In this document: one piece after another, positions 18,612 to 27,518 of the stretch
Layout: each line of letters opens with the position of its first letter
Numbering within the stretch: position 1 is the stretch's first letter
Origin: Caedibacter taeniospiralis
GTDB lineage: Bacteria; Pseudomonadota; Gammaproteobacteria; Francisellales; Francisellaceae
Assembly: GCF_002803295.2 (NCBI RefSeq)
Contig: NZ_PGGB02000013.1
Coordinates: forward strand, 5,826-37,825
Reading direction: 5' to 3'
DNA length: 32,000 nucleotides
The notes under the pieces: generated by a model
What the model was told of the DNA's origin: nothing
Seen by the model: only the letters and a program-made list of their open reading frames with translations
Database searches by the model: none
Made by a program: the position numbers and the translations under genes

Positions 18612-18827
18612 TTATTTCAATTGTTTAAGCTCGTCCACACTTAAGCCAGTTGCTTTTGAGATTTGCTCATCTGTAAGACCCAATTGTTTTAAATTCTTCG
18701 CCACCTCAAATTTTCCCTTGAGAATCCCTTTTTCAATTCCTGTCTCTATGCCTTCTGCCCTGGCAAGCTCCATGTTCTGGATGTAGGCAGAATGCTCATC
18801 TTCGATTTTCTCATCTGCTTATTTTTA
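18612..18827 (-). pseudogene. C-terminal fragment of an Rpn/PD-(D/E)XK 'putative transposase' family protein
   Basis: Reads ADEKIEDEHSAYIQNMELARAEGIETGIEKGILKGKFEVAKNLKQLGLTDEQISKATGLSVDELKQLK*. There is an in-frame stop directly upstream and no catalytic domain nearby. Confidence 0.65.
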
Positions 18828-18849
18828 GACCTGCTGGGTAGTTACGTTT

Positions 18850-20031
18850 TTATAAACTCCCCTCAATCATCGCATTTGCCGCCATTACCAAGGGTGAAAT
18901 AACCTCAGTAGCTCCAAGTGATCTGGCTTTTTGGATATTGTTTTTCTGATTGATACGTATGGTGATTTTAGCTTGGTTTGATCCTGGGTTAGCTTGAAAA
19001 AACTCATTAATACTAAGCAAGGTCAGAATATTATCTGCATCTTTCTCAGATCCAATAATAATTGCATGTGCATCTTTAAGGCTTGCTTTATCCAGGATTT
19101 CGGGATCATTCGCATTGCCATGCAGTGTTACAGCCCTAAGTTCAGCGGTGTCAGCGTTTTCATTGTGCTCGCTGTCAATAATTAGAAATTTTTTACTTTG
19201 GTGTAGTAACTCACGAACAATAATGTGAGTCAGATCATTTAAGCCACAAATAATAATATGATCTTTCATATGTTTTTTCCCCTTGTTAAATGTTTGAAAC
19301 AGGTTTTGCAAGCGATCAATAAACGCACTAACAATAAAAGTTAAAATGGCGGCAAAGGCGCCAAGACCAATAAAAATCATCGATATTACAAATAAACGGG
19401 CTTCATTTGTAATCGGGGTGATATCGCCGTAACCCACGGTACTAAAAGTGACGACAGTAAAATAAATGGCATCAGACCAATCCTTAATTCCATTGAATTG
19501 GTCACGCAATAAATAAGCTCCGATAACACCATATGAGAACGCAAAGATAAAAGACAGGATAACGATAAATTGTGGGTAACTGAGCTTTATGCTCTGTGAG
19601 TGGACATTAAAAACTTTCCAACTAACGGCAAGACCAAGTATTTCTATAAAGTAAAACCATGTCAAGAAACCTGAGCGTGAATAGACAAAAATATTAGTTA
19701 AAAATAAGGCGATAAGCATCAATAATGCCAGTATCCAGAAAAGTCGCAGGCGTCGGTATATACCTCGCCCAATGAGAAGCATTAAGTAACCAACAAGGCA
19801 TGAGATGAGGGTATTAAACTCTTTAAATTCCTGTTCTACGATAATGTGATCCACAAACCGTACTCCCTCATCATGAATGGCAGCTTTGATAAAAGGAAAA
19901 ACCCCAATTAAAATAGCAAAAATACCATTTAGAAACAGTAAGATGGCAAGGAACAAAGGAATGTTAAAACGTATGATTTTCTTTTGGCAGAAAGTCAGCA
20001 ATCTTTGCATAAGCGATCCTGGTTTGATCAA
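18850..20031 (-). CDS. K+ channel with TrkA-N/RCK domain (Kch-like)
   Basis: Selectivity filter TFSTVGYGD flanked by TM helices; cytoplasmic HIIICGLNDLTHIIVRELL...IIDSE Rossmann domain. Confidence 0.9.
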   Translation of the reverse strand: MIKPGSLMQRLLTFCQKKIIRFNIPLFLAILLFLNGIFAILIGVFPFIKAAIHDEGVRFVDHIIVEQEFKEFNTLISCLVGYLMLLIGRGIYRRLRLFWILALLMLIALFLTNIFVYSRSGFLTWFYFIEILGLAVSWKVFNVHSQSIKLSYPQFIVILSFIFAFSYGVIGAYLLRDQFNGIKDWSDAIYFTVVTFSTVGYGDITPITNEARLFVISMIFIGLGAFAAILTFIVSAFIDRLQNLFQTFNKGKKHMKDHIIICGLNDLTHIIVRELLHQSKKFLIIDSEHNENADTAELRAVTLHGNANDPEILDKASLKDAHAIIIGSEKDADNILTLLSINEFFQANPGSNQAKITIRINQKNNIQKARSLGATEVISPLVMAANAMIEGSL

Positions 20032-20154
20032 AATAGGTGTTTAATTGCCTTTATACCTTAGATAACTCTACGCTGAAGTCAATAAAGATGTGTGTTTACG
20101 GTTTGTATTTCTTGCGGTGATCAGTGTTTTATCGTATGGCGGTAAAATACTATA

Positions 20155-20280
20155 ACCATCTTCCCGCCCATTTTACTTTAAACACCCCGTCCGCACGCCT
20201 GACCACTTTGAAGTGGTCAGGCAAGTGTCCACCCCTCTTGGAAAGAGGGGAATTTAACGCAAGGGCGGGAAGACGGTCAG
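20155..20280. repeat. Intergenic palindromic element (copy B) with inverted ends
   Basis: Left ACCATCTTCCCGCCC, right GGGCGGGAAGACGGT. Internal perfect hairpins GCCTGACCACTT-TG-AAGTGGTCAGGC (20197-20222) and CCCCTCTT-GGA-AAGAGGGG (20232-20250). Confidence 0.85.
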
Positions 20281-20361
20281 AGCCAAATAACAAAACCTTA
20301 AAATTCAACGTACAGGTTGATAGCGCATGCTTTTGGTTGAATAGCTGCTGCTGTATCCCTA

Positions 20362-21825
20362 TTAATTCAACTGATGACCAAGTTTTGAAACAAACTGCTC
20401 ACTAGTGACTATCAGGAAAAAGACGATGGCAAGCATAATGGTCGCAATAATTGAACTGGCTACTAACATTAAAACCCATAAAAACAGGGTAAAGCTTAAT
20501 GCAAACCAGTTAAATCCACCTTGCTTTAGCTGCAATACTGCATAAACTGCCATCATGATCGTGATGGCTAAGTTATTTAGTAGAAAATCTTTTACAGGCA
20601 AAGTTGCCAATAGCAACGCTAAAACAACAAACACGAACAAGGTCATGAACTTGGTCGATATTTTTTTACTTCCTAAGACAGCAAGTGATAAGGGTGCTCC
20701 CATGTAGCCAAGGACGTTAAAAGCTGTGGTTATTACCATCAAAGATGCCCAGCTCGCTGAGTTTAGTAGAACAATAATGCCAATAATAAAGTTCAACAGT
20801 AGTGAACGCTTGGATAAGTGGTGCACAGGGCACAGCTTAGCGATCCAACGCGGCATTTGTCCTTTTTCTGCCATGGCATACAGCATTCTTGAGCATGATC
20901 CTAAATAAGTTAAGCCAGTGATGGATGGGCTGACAATAGAATCTGCGATCAATAAAATGGTCAAAAAGTTTAAGCCTAAAAGCATGGTTAAATTGACTAA
21001 AGGACTTGAGAAATTAAGAGCTGCCCAGCCTTTTTCTGCCACTTCCTGTGGCATTGCCGTCATAAAAGTAAACTGTAGCAGCATATAGAGTGCTAAAGTT
21101 ATGGCAATGGAAATAATAATCGCAAGCGGAATGTTGCGTGTTGGGTTTTTAATTTCACTGGCAAAGGACGCAACTACTTGAAAGCCATTAAAAGCGTAGA
21201 CAAGACCTGCGCCAATCAAGGCGGTTTGAATAGAGCTTGCGTTATAATGATTGACGGCAAGATCAAGGTTTGTAGCATCAAAGTGCGCTACTAATAAGAC
21301 AATGATGGTTAAGGTTGGAATGCTGATCTTGAAAACTGTCGAGACGTTATTGACATAGGCAAGCAACTTGATACCAAAATAATTGACAATAAAGTAGATT
21401 CCTAAGATAACAATGGCGAAAATCTTACCAGACCAGGTCAAACTGTTCCCGTGATATAGGGTTGTAAATTTAACAAAAGGGCTTAGATATTGTACCGTTG
21501 CTTGTGCTTCAGTGGGAATCATTGCCAATAAACCAAACCAGATAGCAAAGGCAAACACCATGCCAAAATCTTTACCATGACTTAAGGATACACATTTTGC
21601 ATTGAGTCCACGTTCTGGGAAAAGTGCACATAACCTGGCAAAGCACAACCCCACGATGATTGCAATAAACGCAGCAAGGATCCAGGCAATAAATGCGTAG
21701 TTTCCCGCAAGTTGCGCATTTAACTGTGCACTAAAAAGCCATCCTGAACCAACCATTGAGGTGACGGGAATGGCAATGGCTGAAAACAGCCCTATCTTGT
21801 GTCTTTGCATTGAATAATCTCCCAT
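20362..21825 (-). CDS. APC-superfamily amino acid permease
   Basis: AIAIPVTSMVGSGWLFSAQLNAQLAGNYAFIAWILAAF, YAFNGFQVVASFASEIKNPTRNIPLAI, and about 12 TM segments. Confidence 0.88.
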   Translation of the reverse strand: MGDYSMQRHKIGLFSAIAIPVTSMVGSGWLFSAQLNAQLAGNYAFIAWILAAFIAIIVGLCFARLCALFPERGLNAKCVSLSHGKDFGMVFAFAIWFGLLAMIPTEAQATVQYLSPFVKFTTLYHGNSLTWSGKIFAIVILGIYFIVNYFGIKLLAYVNNVSTVFKISIPTLTIIVLLVAHFDATNLDLAVNHYNASSIQTALIGAGLVYAFNGFQVVASFASEIKNPTRNIPLAIIISIAITLALYMLLQFTFMTAMPQEVAEKGWAALNFSSPLVNLTMLLGLNFLTILLIADSIVSPSITGLTYLGSCSRMLYAMAEKGQMPRWIAKLCPVHHLSKRSLLLNFIIGIIVLLNSASWASLMVITTAFNVLGYMGAPLSLAVLGSKKISTKFMTLFVFVVLALLLATLPVKDFLLNNLAITIMMAVYAVLQLKQGGFNWFALSFTLFLWVLMLVASSIIATIMLAIVFFLIVTSEQFVSKLGHQLN

Positions 21826-21958
21826 ATGAATTTCTTACTCAGACGCTCATATACTAATGACAAATAAGGAAATTTCACTATAAATTTTGGTGTTTTTTTA
21901 CAAATATTCATGAGTGTATCTTAATTGTTCCTACCCATCTAGGTGGGCAGAAATTTAT

Positions 21959-23746
21959 TTAATTGCTTGCAATAATTTGCAACAGCCATTTTTTGTTTTT
22001 GTTTAATAGTTCATATTGACTCAGTGGTTGCTGGTAAGCGACACCCATATACTGCAAAGCTTGCTGTGCAATACTGGCAAACACAGGAGCCGCAGACACC
22101 CCGCCAAATTGGTAAAAGTGACTTCCTTTGGGATTGTTGATCCAGACAACAATAGCAAGCCTTGGATTGCTGACGGGCGCAATGCCCGCAAAGATCGCAT
22201 TGTATTGATCAACAAATTGACCATTGGCAACGCGATGTGAGGTCCCTGTTTTACCCGCAACCTCAAATCCTGGGATATTGGCAAGAATTCCCGTGCCATG
22301 AATGCTAACAACGGTTTGTAGCATGGCAAGTACTTCCTGGGCAATGTTTTCAGGGAGGACTTGTGGGCATGTTATATCGCCTCGATGTTTGAGTTTGATA
22401 AGACTTACAGGGCATAGCCTGCCATTGTTACCAAAAATAGTATAAGCATGGGCAAGTTGTAAGGCGGATGTGTTGAGTGCATAGCCAAATGAAAGAGTTG
22501 CAAATTCAAACTCGCTTAATGAATTTAAGGTGGGCAAATAACCGTTGGTTGCCCGTGGGAAATTAATGCCTGATGGTTGACCAAAGCCTAATGTGGAAAG
22601 AAAGTTATACATGGCTTCTTTGTCTAGTGTCATGGTTACCTTGCTAACACCAACATTACTGGACTTCTCTAGAATTTGAGAGAGGCTGATGTTGCCAAAG
22701 TTAGCGTCATCACGGATTCGGTGATGTTGCAAGAAATAGTAGCCTGGGTTGGTGTCGATGATACTATCAGGCGTGTATTTTCCTGACAAGAGTGCTTGTG
22801 AGATAAAAAATGGTTTAATGGTAGAACCTGGTTCAAACGTTTCGATGACAGGTTGCAAGGCAAGCGCATTACCTGTATGTTCATTGAAGTTGTTAGGATT
22901 AAAACTTGGGTAGCTGGCTAGTGCCAATATTTCACCGTTTTTTGGATCAATAACAACGGCAGCGCCGGCGTCCGCATTGGTATCGATGACACCTTGTTTA
23001 AGTGCATTATAAGCAAAACTTTGGATGTTGCTGTCTATGGTTAAATGAATATTTTTACCTAAGTGATAATGCTGAGCTGTCCCATCAAAGGTAATGGCAT
23101 GCGCTTTTCCATCTAACTCACTGGAAAGTGTACCTTGTTCCGCCTTAAGCTCAGTTTGATAAGCGAGCATCAGACCATCCTGTCCCTGATTGGCAATATC
23201 AGTAAAGCCTACTAAGGGGGCAATTTCATCGGCTTTGGGATAATAGGTCCTGTTTTGATCTTCGATTTGAACACCAGGTATGTGCAATACTTTTAAATCA
23301 TCAATTTTAGAAGGCTCGACAAATTGTGCTGCAATGTAATATGGTTTGTTGGGGTATTTTTGGATGAGCTCCTTTATGTCAGCAAGAGACAAGCCATCAA
23401 CATTGGCTTGATCAATTTTTTGGTAGTCATCAGGATGCTCTTTGAGGACCCTGATATCTAAAACGATCCTATAAAGGTTGGTACTCACTGCCAAGGGGAT
23501 GCCATTTCTATCGTAGATAATCCCATAGGTTGCATTTAGATCAATGGTGCGGTGACTTTCGCTGTAACCACGATCGTTTAGAAACTTTTTATCGGTCGTC
23601 GTTAGATAAAACAAGCGATAAACAAGTGCTAGGAAAATGCTCACAATGATCAAGAAAGTAAAAAAGAAGCGCCAAATGTGTCGTGGTTTTGGATTTTTTT
23701 GCAGTTTATTTATAGTTGTCGGGGAGCTTTTATACGCTTGCTTCAT
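21959..23746 (-). CDS. ftsI: Peptidoglycan D,D-transpeptidase (class B PBP, FtsI/PBP3-like)
   Basis: N-terminal TM, NATYGIIYDRNGIPLAVS, SxxK in FEPGSTIKPF, SSN in EKSSNVGVSK, and KTG in VAGKTGTSHR. Confidence 0.9.
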   Translation of the reverse strand: MKQAYKSSPTTINKLQKNPKPRHIWRFFFTFLIIVSIFLALVYRLFYLTTTDKKFLNDRGYSESHRTIDLNATYGIIYDRNGIPLAVSTNLYRIVLDIRVLKEHPDDYQKIDQANVDGLSLADIKELIQKYPNKPYYIAAQFVEPSKIDDLKVLHIPGVQIEDQNRTYYPKADEIAPLVGFTDIANQGQDGLMLAYQTELKAEQGTLSSELDGKAHAITFDGTAQHYHLGKNIHLTIDSNIQSFAYNALKQGVIDTNADAGAAVVIDPKNGEILALASYPSFNPNNFNEHTGNALALQPVIETFEPGSTIKPFFISQALLSGKYTPDSIIDTNPGYYFLQHHRIRDDANFGNISLSQILEKSSNVGVSKVTMTLDKEAMYNFLSTLGFGQPSGINFPRATNGYLPTLNSLSEFEFATLSFGYALNTSALQLAHAYTIFGNNGRLCPVSLIKLKHRGDITCPQVLPENIAQEVLAMLQTVVSIHGTGILANIPGFEVAGKTGTSHRVANGQFVDQYNAIFAGIAPVSNPRLAIVVWINNPKGSHFYQFGGVSAAPVFASIAQQALQYMGVAYQQPLSQYELLNKNKKWLLQIIASN

Positions 23747-23906
23747 GTATGAATGGTATAGCTACTTGGTGTCGTTGGCACTGAGTGTACGGGAATTTGT
23801 GTCATATAGCCAGGGGCGAAATATTTTTCGCCCCTGGCTCAGGTGGCAATTGCCTTTTGTGGCTAATCTTGGTATACATAAGGGCGAAATTGAGGGTGAA
23901 TAAAAT

Positions 23907-23996
23907 CGCTCCGACCATCTTTCCACGCAGTGGATTCCCGTCTCCGCAGGAATGACCGTGAATATTTTGTTTGGGCGGGAAATTTGTCTAAGTCAA
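23907..23996. repeat. Intergenic palindromic element (copy C)
   Basis: CGCTCCGACCATCTTTCC...TGGATTCCCG...CAGGAATGACCGTGA...TTTTGTTTGGGCGGGAAATTTGTCTAAG. Closely similar to copy A. Confidence 0.8.
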
Positions 23997-24024
23997 TAAA
24001 ATAAAACGAAGGTGACATATATCT

Positions 24025-25224
24025 ATGTATAGTATTGAGCAAACATTAGCGGTGATTAAGCGTGGTGCAGAAGAGGTTTTGTTGGAAGAAGACTTAGTTG
24101 CTAAGCTCAAGAAAAAGAAACCGTTAGTTGTCAAATTTGGCTGTGATCCAACGGCACCTGATATTCATTTGGGGCACACGGTGGTGATTAATAAATTACG
24201 TCAGTTACAGGATTTAGGGCATGAGATCCATTTCTTAATTGGGAACTTTACCGCGCAAATTGGTGATCCAACGGGCAAAAATACGACTCGACCACCCTTG
24301 TCGACCAAAGAGGTTGAGGAAAATGCCAAGACGTATCAACAGCAGATTTTTAAAATTCTGGATCGTGAGAAGACCATCATTAAACGCAATGGTGACTGGT
24401 TTGATCAAATGAGTGCCAGTGACGTGATCAAATTGGCTTCCAGGCAAACGGTGGCAAGGATGCTTGAGCGCGATGATTTCTCTAAGCGCTATAAATCAGG
24501 ACAAGGCATTGCGATTCATGAGTTTTTATATCCGCTGGTGCAAGGATATGATTCGGTTGAGATGAAGGCAGATATTGAACTAGGAGGAACCGATCAGAAG
24601 TTTAATTTATTGATGGGTAGAGAGCTACAAAAACAGGCAGGACAAGAGCCACAGGTGATTATTACCATGCCGTTGTTAGCGGGTTTGGATGGCGTCAAGA
24701 AAATGTCTAAATCAGCGAATAATTACATTGGGATTGAGGAACCAGCAGATGAGATGTTTGGTAAAATCATGTCGATCTCGGATGAGCTTATGTGGCGTTA
24801 CTATGAACTGTTGAGCTTTAAACCCATGTCAGAAATCAATTATTTAAAACAAGCGGTGGCAGACGGCTATAATCCGCGGGATGTCAAGATTGCACTGGCG
24901 AAAGAGATCATTGCACGCTTTCATGATGAGGTGGCGGCGGAACAAGCCCATCAGCATTTTATTGATCGTTTTCAAAAGAATCAGATTCCGGAGGATTTGC
25001 CCGAGGAAACCATCCAGTTAGAAGAAGATAATATGCCGATTGCCAATGTGCTAAAGCTCGCAGGATTAGTTTCCAGCACATCAGAGGCGATTCGTATGAT
25101 TAAGCAGGGTGCGGTTAAAATCAATGGGGATAAAGTAGAGAACCCTCAGCTTGCATTAAAGCAAAAAACCTCGGATATTTATCAGGTAGGTAAGAGAAAA
25201 TTTGCCAAGATTACACTGTCATAG
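24025..25224 (+). CDS. tyrS: Tyrosyl-tRNA synthetase
   Basis: [52 protein letters not shown], and a C-terminal S4 domain. Confidence 0.96.
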   Translation: MYSIEQTLAVIKRGAEEVLLEEDLVAKLKKKKPLVVKFGCDPTAPDIHLGHTVVINKLRQLQDLGHEIHFLIGNFTAQIGDPTGKNTTRPPLSTKEVEENAKTYQQQIFKILDREKTIIKRNGDWFDQMSASDVIKLASRQTVARMLERDDFSKRYKSGQGIAIHEFLYPLVQGYDSVEMKADIELGGTDQKFNLLMGRELQKQAGQEPQVIITMPLLAGLDGVKKMSKSANNYIGIEEPADEMFGKIMSISDELMWRYYELLSFKPMSEINYLKQAVADGYNPRDVKIALAKEIIARFHDEVAAEQAHQHFIDRFQKNQIPEDLPEETIQLEEDNMPIANVLKLAGLVSSTSEAIRMIKQGAVKINGDKVENPQLALKQKTSDIYQVGKRKFAKITLS

Positions 25225-25232
25225 GAGAAAAA

Positions 25233-25430
25233 ATGGAAAAGTTTATTCAAGAAGTTCTCGTCGTCTTTACAGCATTAATCGCATTGGTGGTGTTGTATTA
25301 TGCGTTTGTTTTTTTATTCTGGATTTTATTAGTTGCCATAATGGTAACTGCAGTTTATCGCATTATTAAATTTATTGTTGGCTTATTTATGTCAAAGAGC
25401 AATCATGTGATTGAACATGAAGATCTATAA
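25233..25430 (+). CDS. Small hypothetical membrane protein (65 aa)
   Basis: Begins 9 bp after tyrS with two hydrophobic segments. RBS-like AGGAGAAAAA. Confidence 0.55.
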   Translation: MEKFIQEVLVVFTALIALVVLYYAFVFLFWILLVAIMVTAVYRIIKFIVGLFMSKSNHVIEHEDL

Positions 25431-25448
25431 GCATTAAAAGAGGCATGC

Positions 25449-26081
25449 GTGATGAAGAAGTGCCACAGGCTGGTCTTAAGTGTATTGGTGATTATTCTTG
25501 CTGGTTGTGATAAGTATGAGCATAAGTTAGATAAAACAGACCTCAAAGAGGGTGAGTATGCCGATGAGATCCAAGCACACCTTAAGGTTCGTGAATCTCA
25601 GCTTGAGTTGTTATTTTCAAGCCAGCGTATTCTGCACACGCTTAAGCGCGCCAACGTGCGCTTGGCAGAAGAGACACCATTATCTATTGAGCGCTATCAA
25701 TCACTGGATCAAAGTATGCAAAAATCGCGCGATACTTTTAATGTTCAACTCTTGCTTTATAATGCGTGCGCTATTGAGCTTAAGCAGTTTCAAGCGGAAC
25801 ATTCCGCCTTTGTCGAAATCTTTGTGACGGATTTATCTGGAATGAATGTCTGCCAGACAAACATGACGACGGATTTTTATCAGGCGGATGAGAGGTGGTG
25901 GCAACAAGCCTATAATGAGGGCAAGGGAAAGATTTGTTACGGTGAGATTAGCTATGATGCCAGTGCAGCAGAGATTGTCGCACCGATTTATATGCCAATC
26001 TATGAAAAGCACAAATTGATTGGCTTGGCAAAGGCGTTGGTTTCTATTCATGACCTTTATAAAACTGAGTTTAGCCAGTAG
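25449..26081 (+). CDS. Hypothetical lipoprotein with CACHE/PDC-like sensor domain
   Basis: Lipobox IILAGC. C-terminal FVEIFVTDLSGMNVCQTNMTTDFYQADERWWQQAYNEGKGKICYGEISYDASAAEIVAPIYMPIYEKHKLIGLAKALVSI resembles single CACHE domains. Confidence 0.65.
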   Translation: MMKKCHRLVLSVLVIILAGCDKYEHKLDKTDLKEGEYADEIQAHLKVRESQLELLFSSQRILHTLKRANVRLAEETPLSIERYQSLDQSMQKSRDTFNVQLLLYNACAIELKQFQAEHSAFVEIFVTDLSGMNVCQTNMTTDFYQADERWWQQAYNEGKGKICYGEISYDASAAEIVAPIYMPIYEKHKLIGLAKALVSIHDLYKTEFSQ

Positions 26082-26220
26082 TAATTAATTTGACTCACGT
26101 CGAACTCAGGTTAGGTAATGATGTAATTCTAAAATAATGACAAAAAGTCATGCAATTTTCTGGATTTTGAAATGACAATTTGTCATACTTTGGCAAGGTT
26201 TTTAAGAAAGGGGATTAGCG

Positions 26221-26403
26221 ATGCTAAAAAAAGGTAAATTAAACCCAGTAGCCAAAAGCTTGGTTAAGCTTAATTACAATGCAGGCGTTCATGGAAAAAC
26301 GAATAAAGCTAAAAGGATTAAAGACAAGCAAAAGCTTTTAAAATCGTTATCACGCGGTTTTGATAGCTATTTATTGAGTTTGTTTTTAAAGCAAGTTGAT
26401 TAA
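26221..26403 (+). CDS. Small basic hypothetical protein (60 aa)
   Basis: MLKKGKLNPVAKSLVKLNYNAGVHGKTNKAKRIKDKQKLLKSL... with GAAAGGGGA upstream. Stands directly before higBA. Confidence 0.5.
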   Translation: MLKKGKLNPVAKSLVKLNYNAGVHGKTNKAKRIKDKQKLLKSLSRGFDSYLLSLFLKQVD

Positions 26404-26426
26404 ATAGCTATTTAAGAAAACTGACC

Positions 26427-26750
26427 ATGATTGTGATGAACAAAGAGTTGATTGCAAAGTTTTGTAAAAAACATGCGCAAGTGAAAAAGAGTTTTGATCC
26501 ATTGCTCAAGATTTTAGAAGCTAATAACTTTAACGGGTTTAGAGATCTAGCGGAAATATTTAAAACGGCAGATTATGTTTATCATGTTTTTACGATCTTT
26601 GATGTTGCAGGCAACAATTATCGTATGGTAACCATTGTCGATTATGATTTTTCAGTGATTGATGTTCGCTATGTATGGACACATGAAGAGTACAATAAAA
26701 AGCAAGCGGTATTAAAGCGAGAGGCAAAGAAATATGTTAGCAATAAGTGA
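26427..26750 (+). CDS. higB: HigB-type toxin (type II TA)
   Basis: FRDLAEIFKTADYV...VFDVAGNNYRMVTIVDYDFSVIDVRYVWTHEEYNK is characteristic of HigB family toxins, and it is followed by a HigA-like ORF. Confidence 0.85.
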   Translation: MIVMNKELIAKFCKKHAQVKKSFDPLLKILEANNFNGFRDLAEIFKTADYVYHVFTIFDVAGNNYRMVTIVDYDFSVIDVRYVWTHEEYNKKQAVLKREAKKYVSNK

Positions 26751-27135
26751 AATAAACAAATCCTGGTCGTTACTTATGCCATACATTGAAGCGTATAAAA
26801 CCAAAAAGCAATACGAGGAATCAAAAAAACTGTTGCGTGAGTTAATGAAATTGAGTGCAGATGAGAAGACACAAGAAATACAATCTTTTGCAAGAGCATT
26901 GGCTAAGCAGGTTAATAACTATGAAAGTAAACATTTTAGTTTTGAAAATAGTGCTAACGCCAAGGATGTTTTGCTATATCTGATTAAAATGTATGGTTTA
27001 ACACAAAAAGATTTACCTGAAATCGGGTCTCAATCACTGGTATCTAAGATTTTAAAAGGTGAGCGAGAGCTAACACTTGAACACATAAAGGCGTTATCCA
27101 AACGCTTTAATGTATCGGTCAATACCTGGTTTTAA
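26734..27135 (+). CDS. higA: HigA-type antitoxin, HTH domain
   Basis: LIKMYGLTQKDLPEIGSQSLVSKILKGERELTLEHIKALSKRFNVSVNTWF. Overlaps the toxin by 17 bp. Confidence 0.88.
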   Translation: MLAISEINKSWSLLMPYIEAYKTKKQYEESKKLLRELMKLSADEKTQEIQSFARALAKQVNNYESKHFSFENSANAKDVLLYLIKMYGLTQKDLPEIGSQSLVSKILKGERELTLEHIKALSKRFNVSVNTWF

Positions 27136-27185
27136 AGGAAATTTTAGAATGGAAAGGATTTCTTGATTCTTGGATGCGTTGAATA

Positions 27186-27518
27186 TCATGCAATTCCCAA
27201 AAACACCGACAATAACCTTTCAATTTCTAACAGGTTATTCCTGCTCAATGCCCCAAATGGAATACCAATCTGTTCCCTTGCAACTGTATGTAATTTATCG
27301 ATCATTACCTGTGATACTCTATTTAATCCATTTATTTCACTAGGTTTGACAGTATATCTAAATAAAGGGGTTTCCCTTATTTCACTGGTTATAGGTAAAA
27401 TAGTGATTGACGGATGTTCTGAAAACAAATCTGATTGAATAACCACTGCTGGTCGAGGTTTTCCATAATCTCCTCGCAAAGAGACAGTGACAATATCGCC
27501 ACGTTTAATCATATCCAC
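27186..27518 (-). CDS. mazF: MazF/PemK-type endoribonuclease toxin
   Basis: MIKRGDIVTVSLRGDYGKPRPAVVIQSDLF...ITILPITSE...RVSQVMIDKLHTVAREQIG. Confidence 0.92.
   Translation of the reverse strand: MDMIKRGDIVTVSLRGDYGKPRPAVVIQSDLFSEHPSITILPITSEIRETPLFRYTVKPSEINGLNRVSQVMIDKLHTVAREQIGIPFGALSRNNLLEIERLLSVFLGIA

Noticed and set aside
20124-20405. 93-aa + strand ORF (MFYRMAVKYYNHLPAHFTLNTPSARLTTLKW...)
   Set aside because: It is entirely composed of repeat copy B and the antisense end of the permease gene.
21959-23746. ftsI outside a dcw cluster as a novel system
   Set aside because: It keeps all transpeptidase motifs. Isolation from dcw genes is unusual, but a relocated or second class B PBP is a sufficient explanation without whole-genome context.
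23637-23903. 88-aa + strand ORF opposite the ftsI N-terminus
   Set aside because: It is antisense to the start of a well-supported ftsI gene and runs into the repeat element. No family resemblance.
27163-27438. 91-aa + strand ORF
   Set aside because: It is the antisense of mazF, which has clear family motifs.
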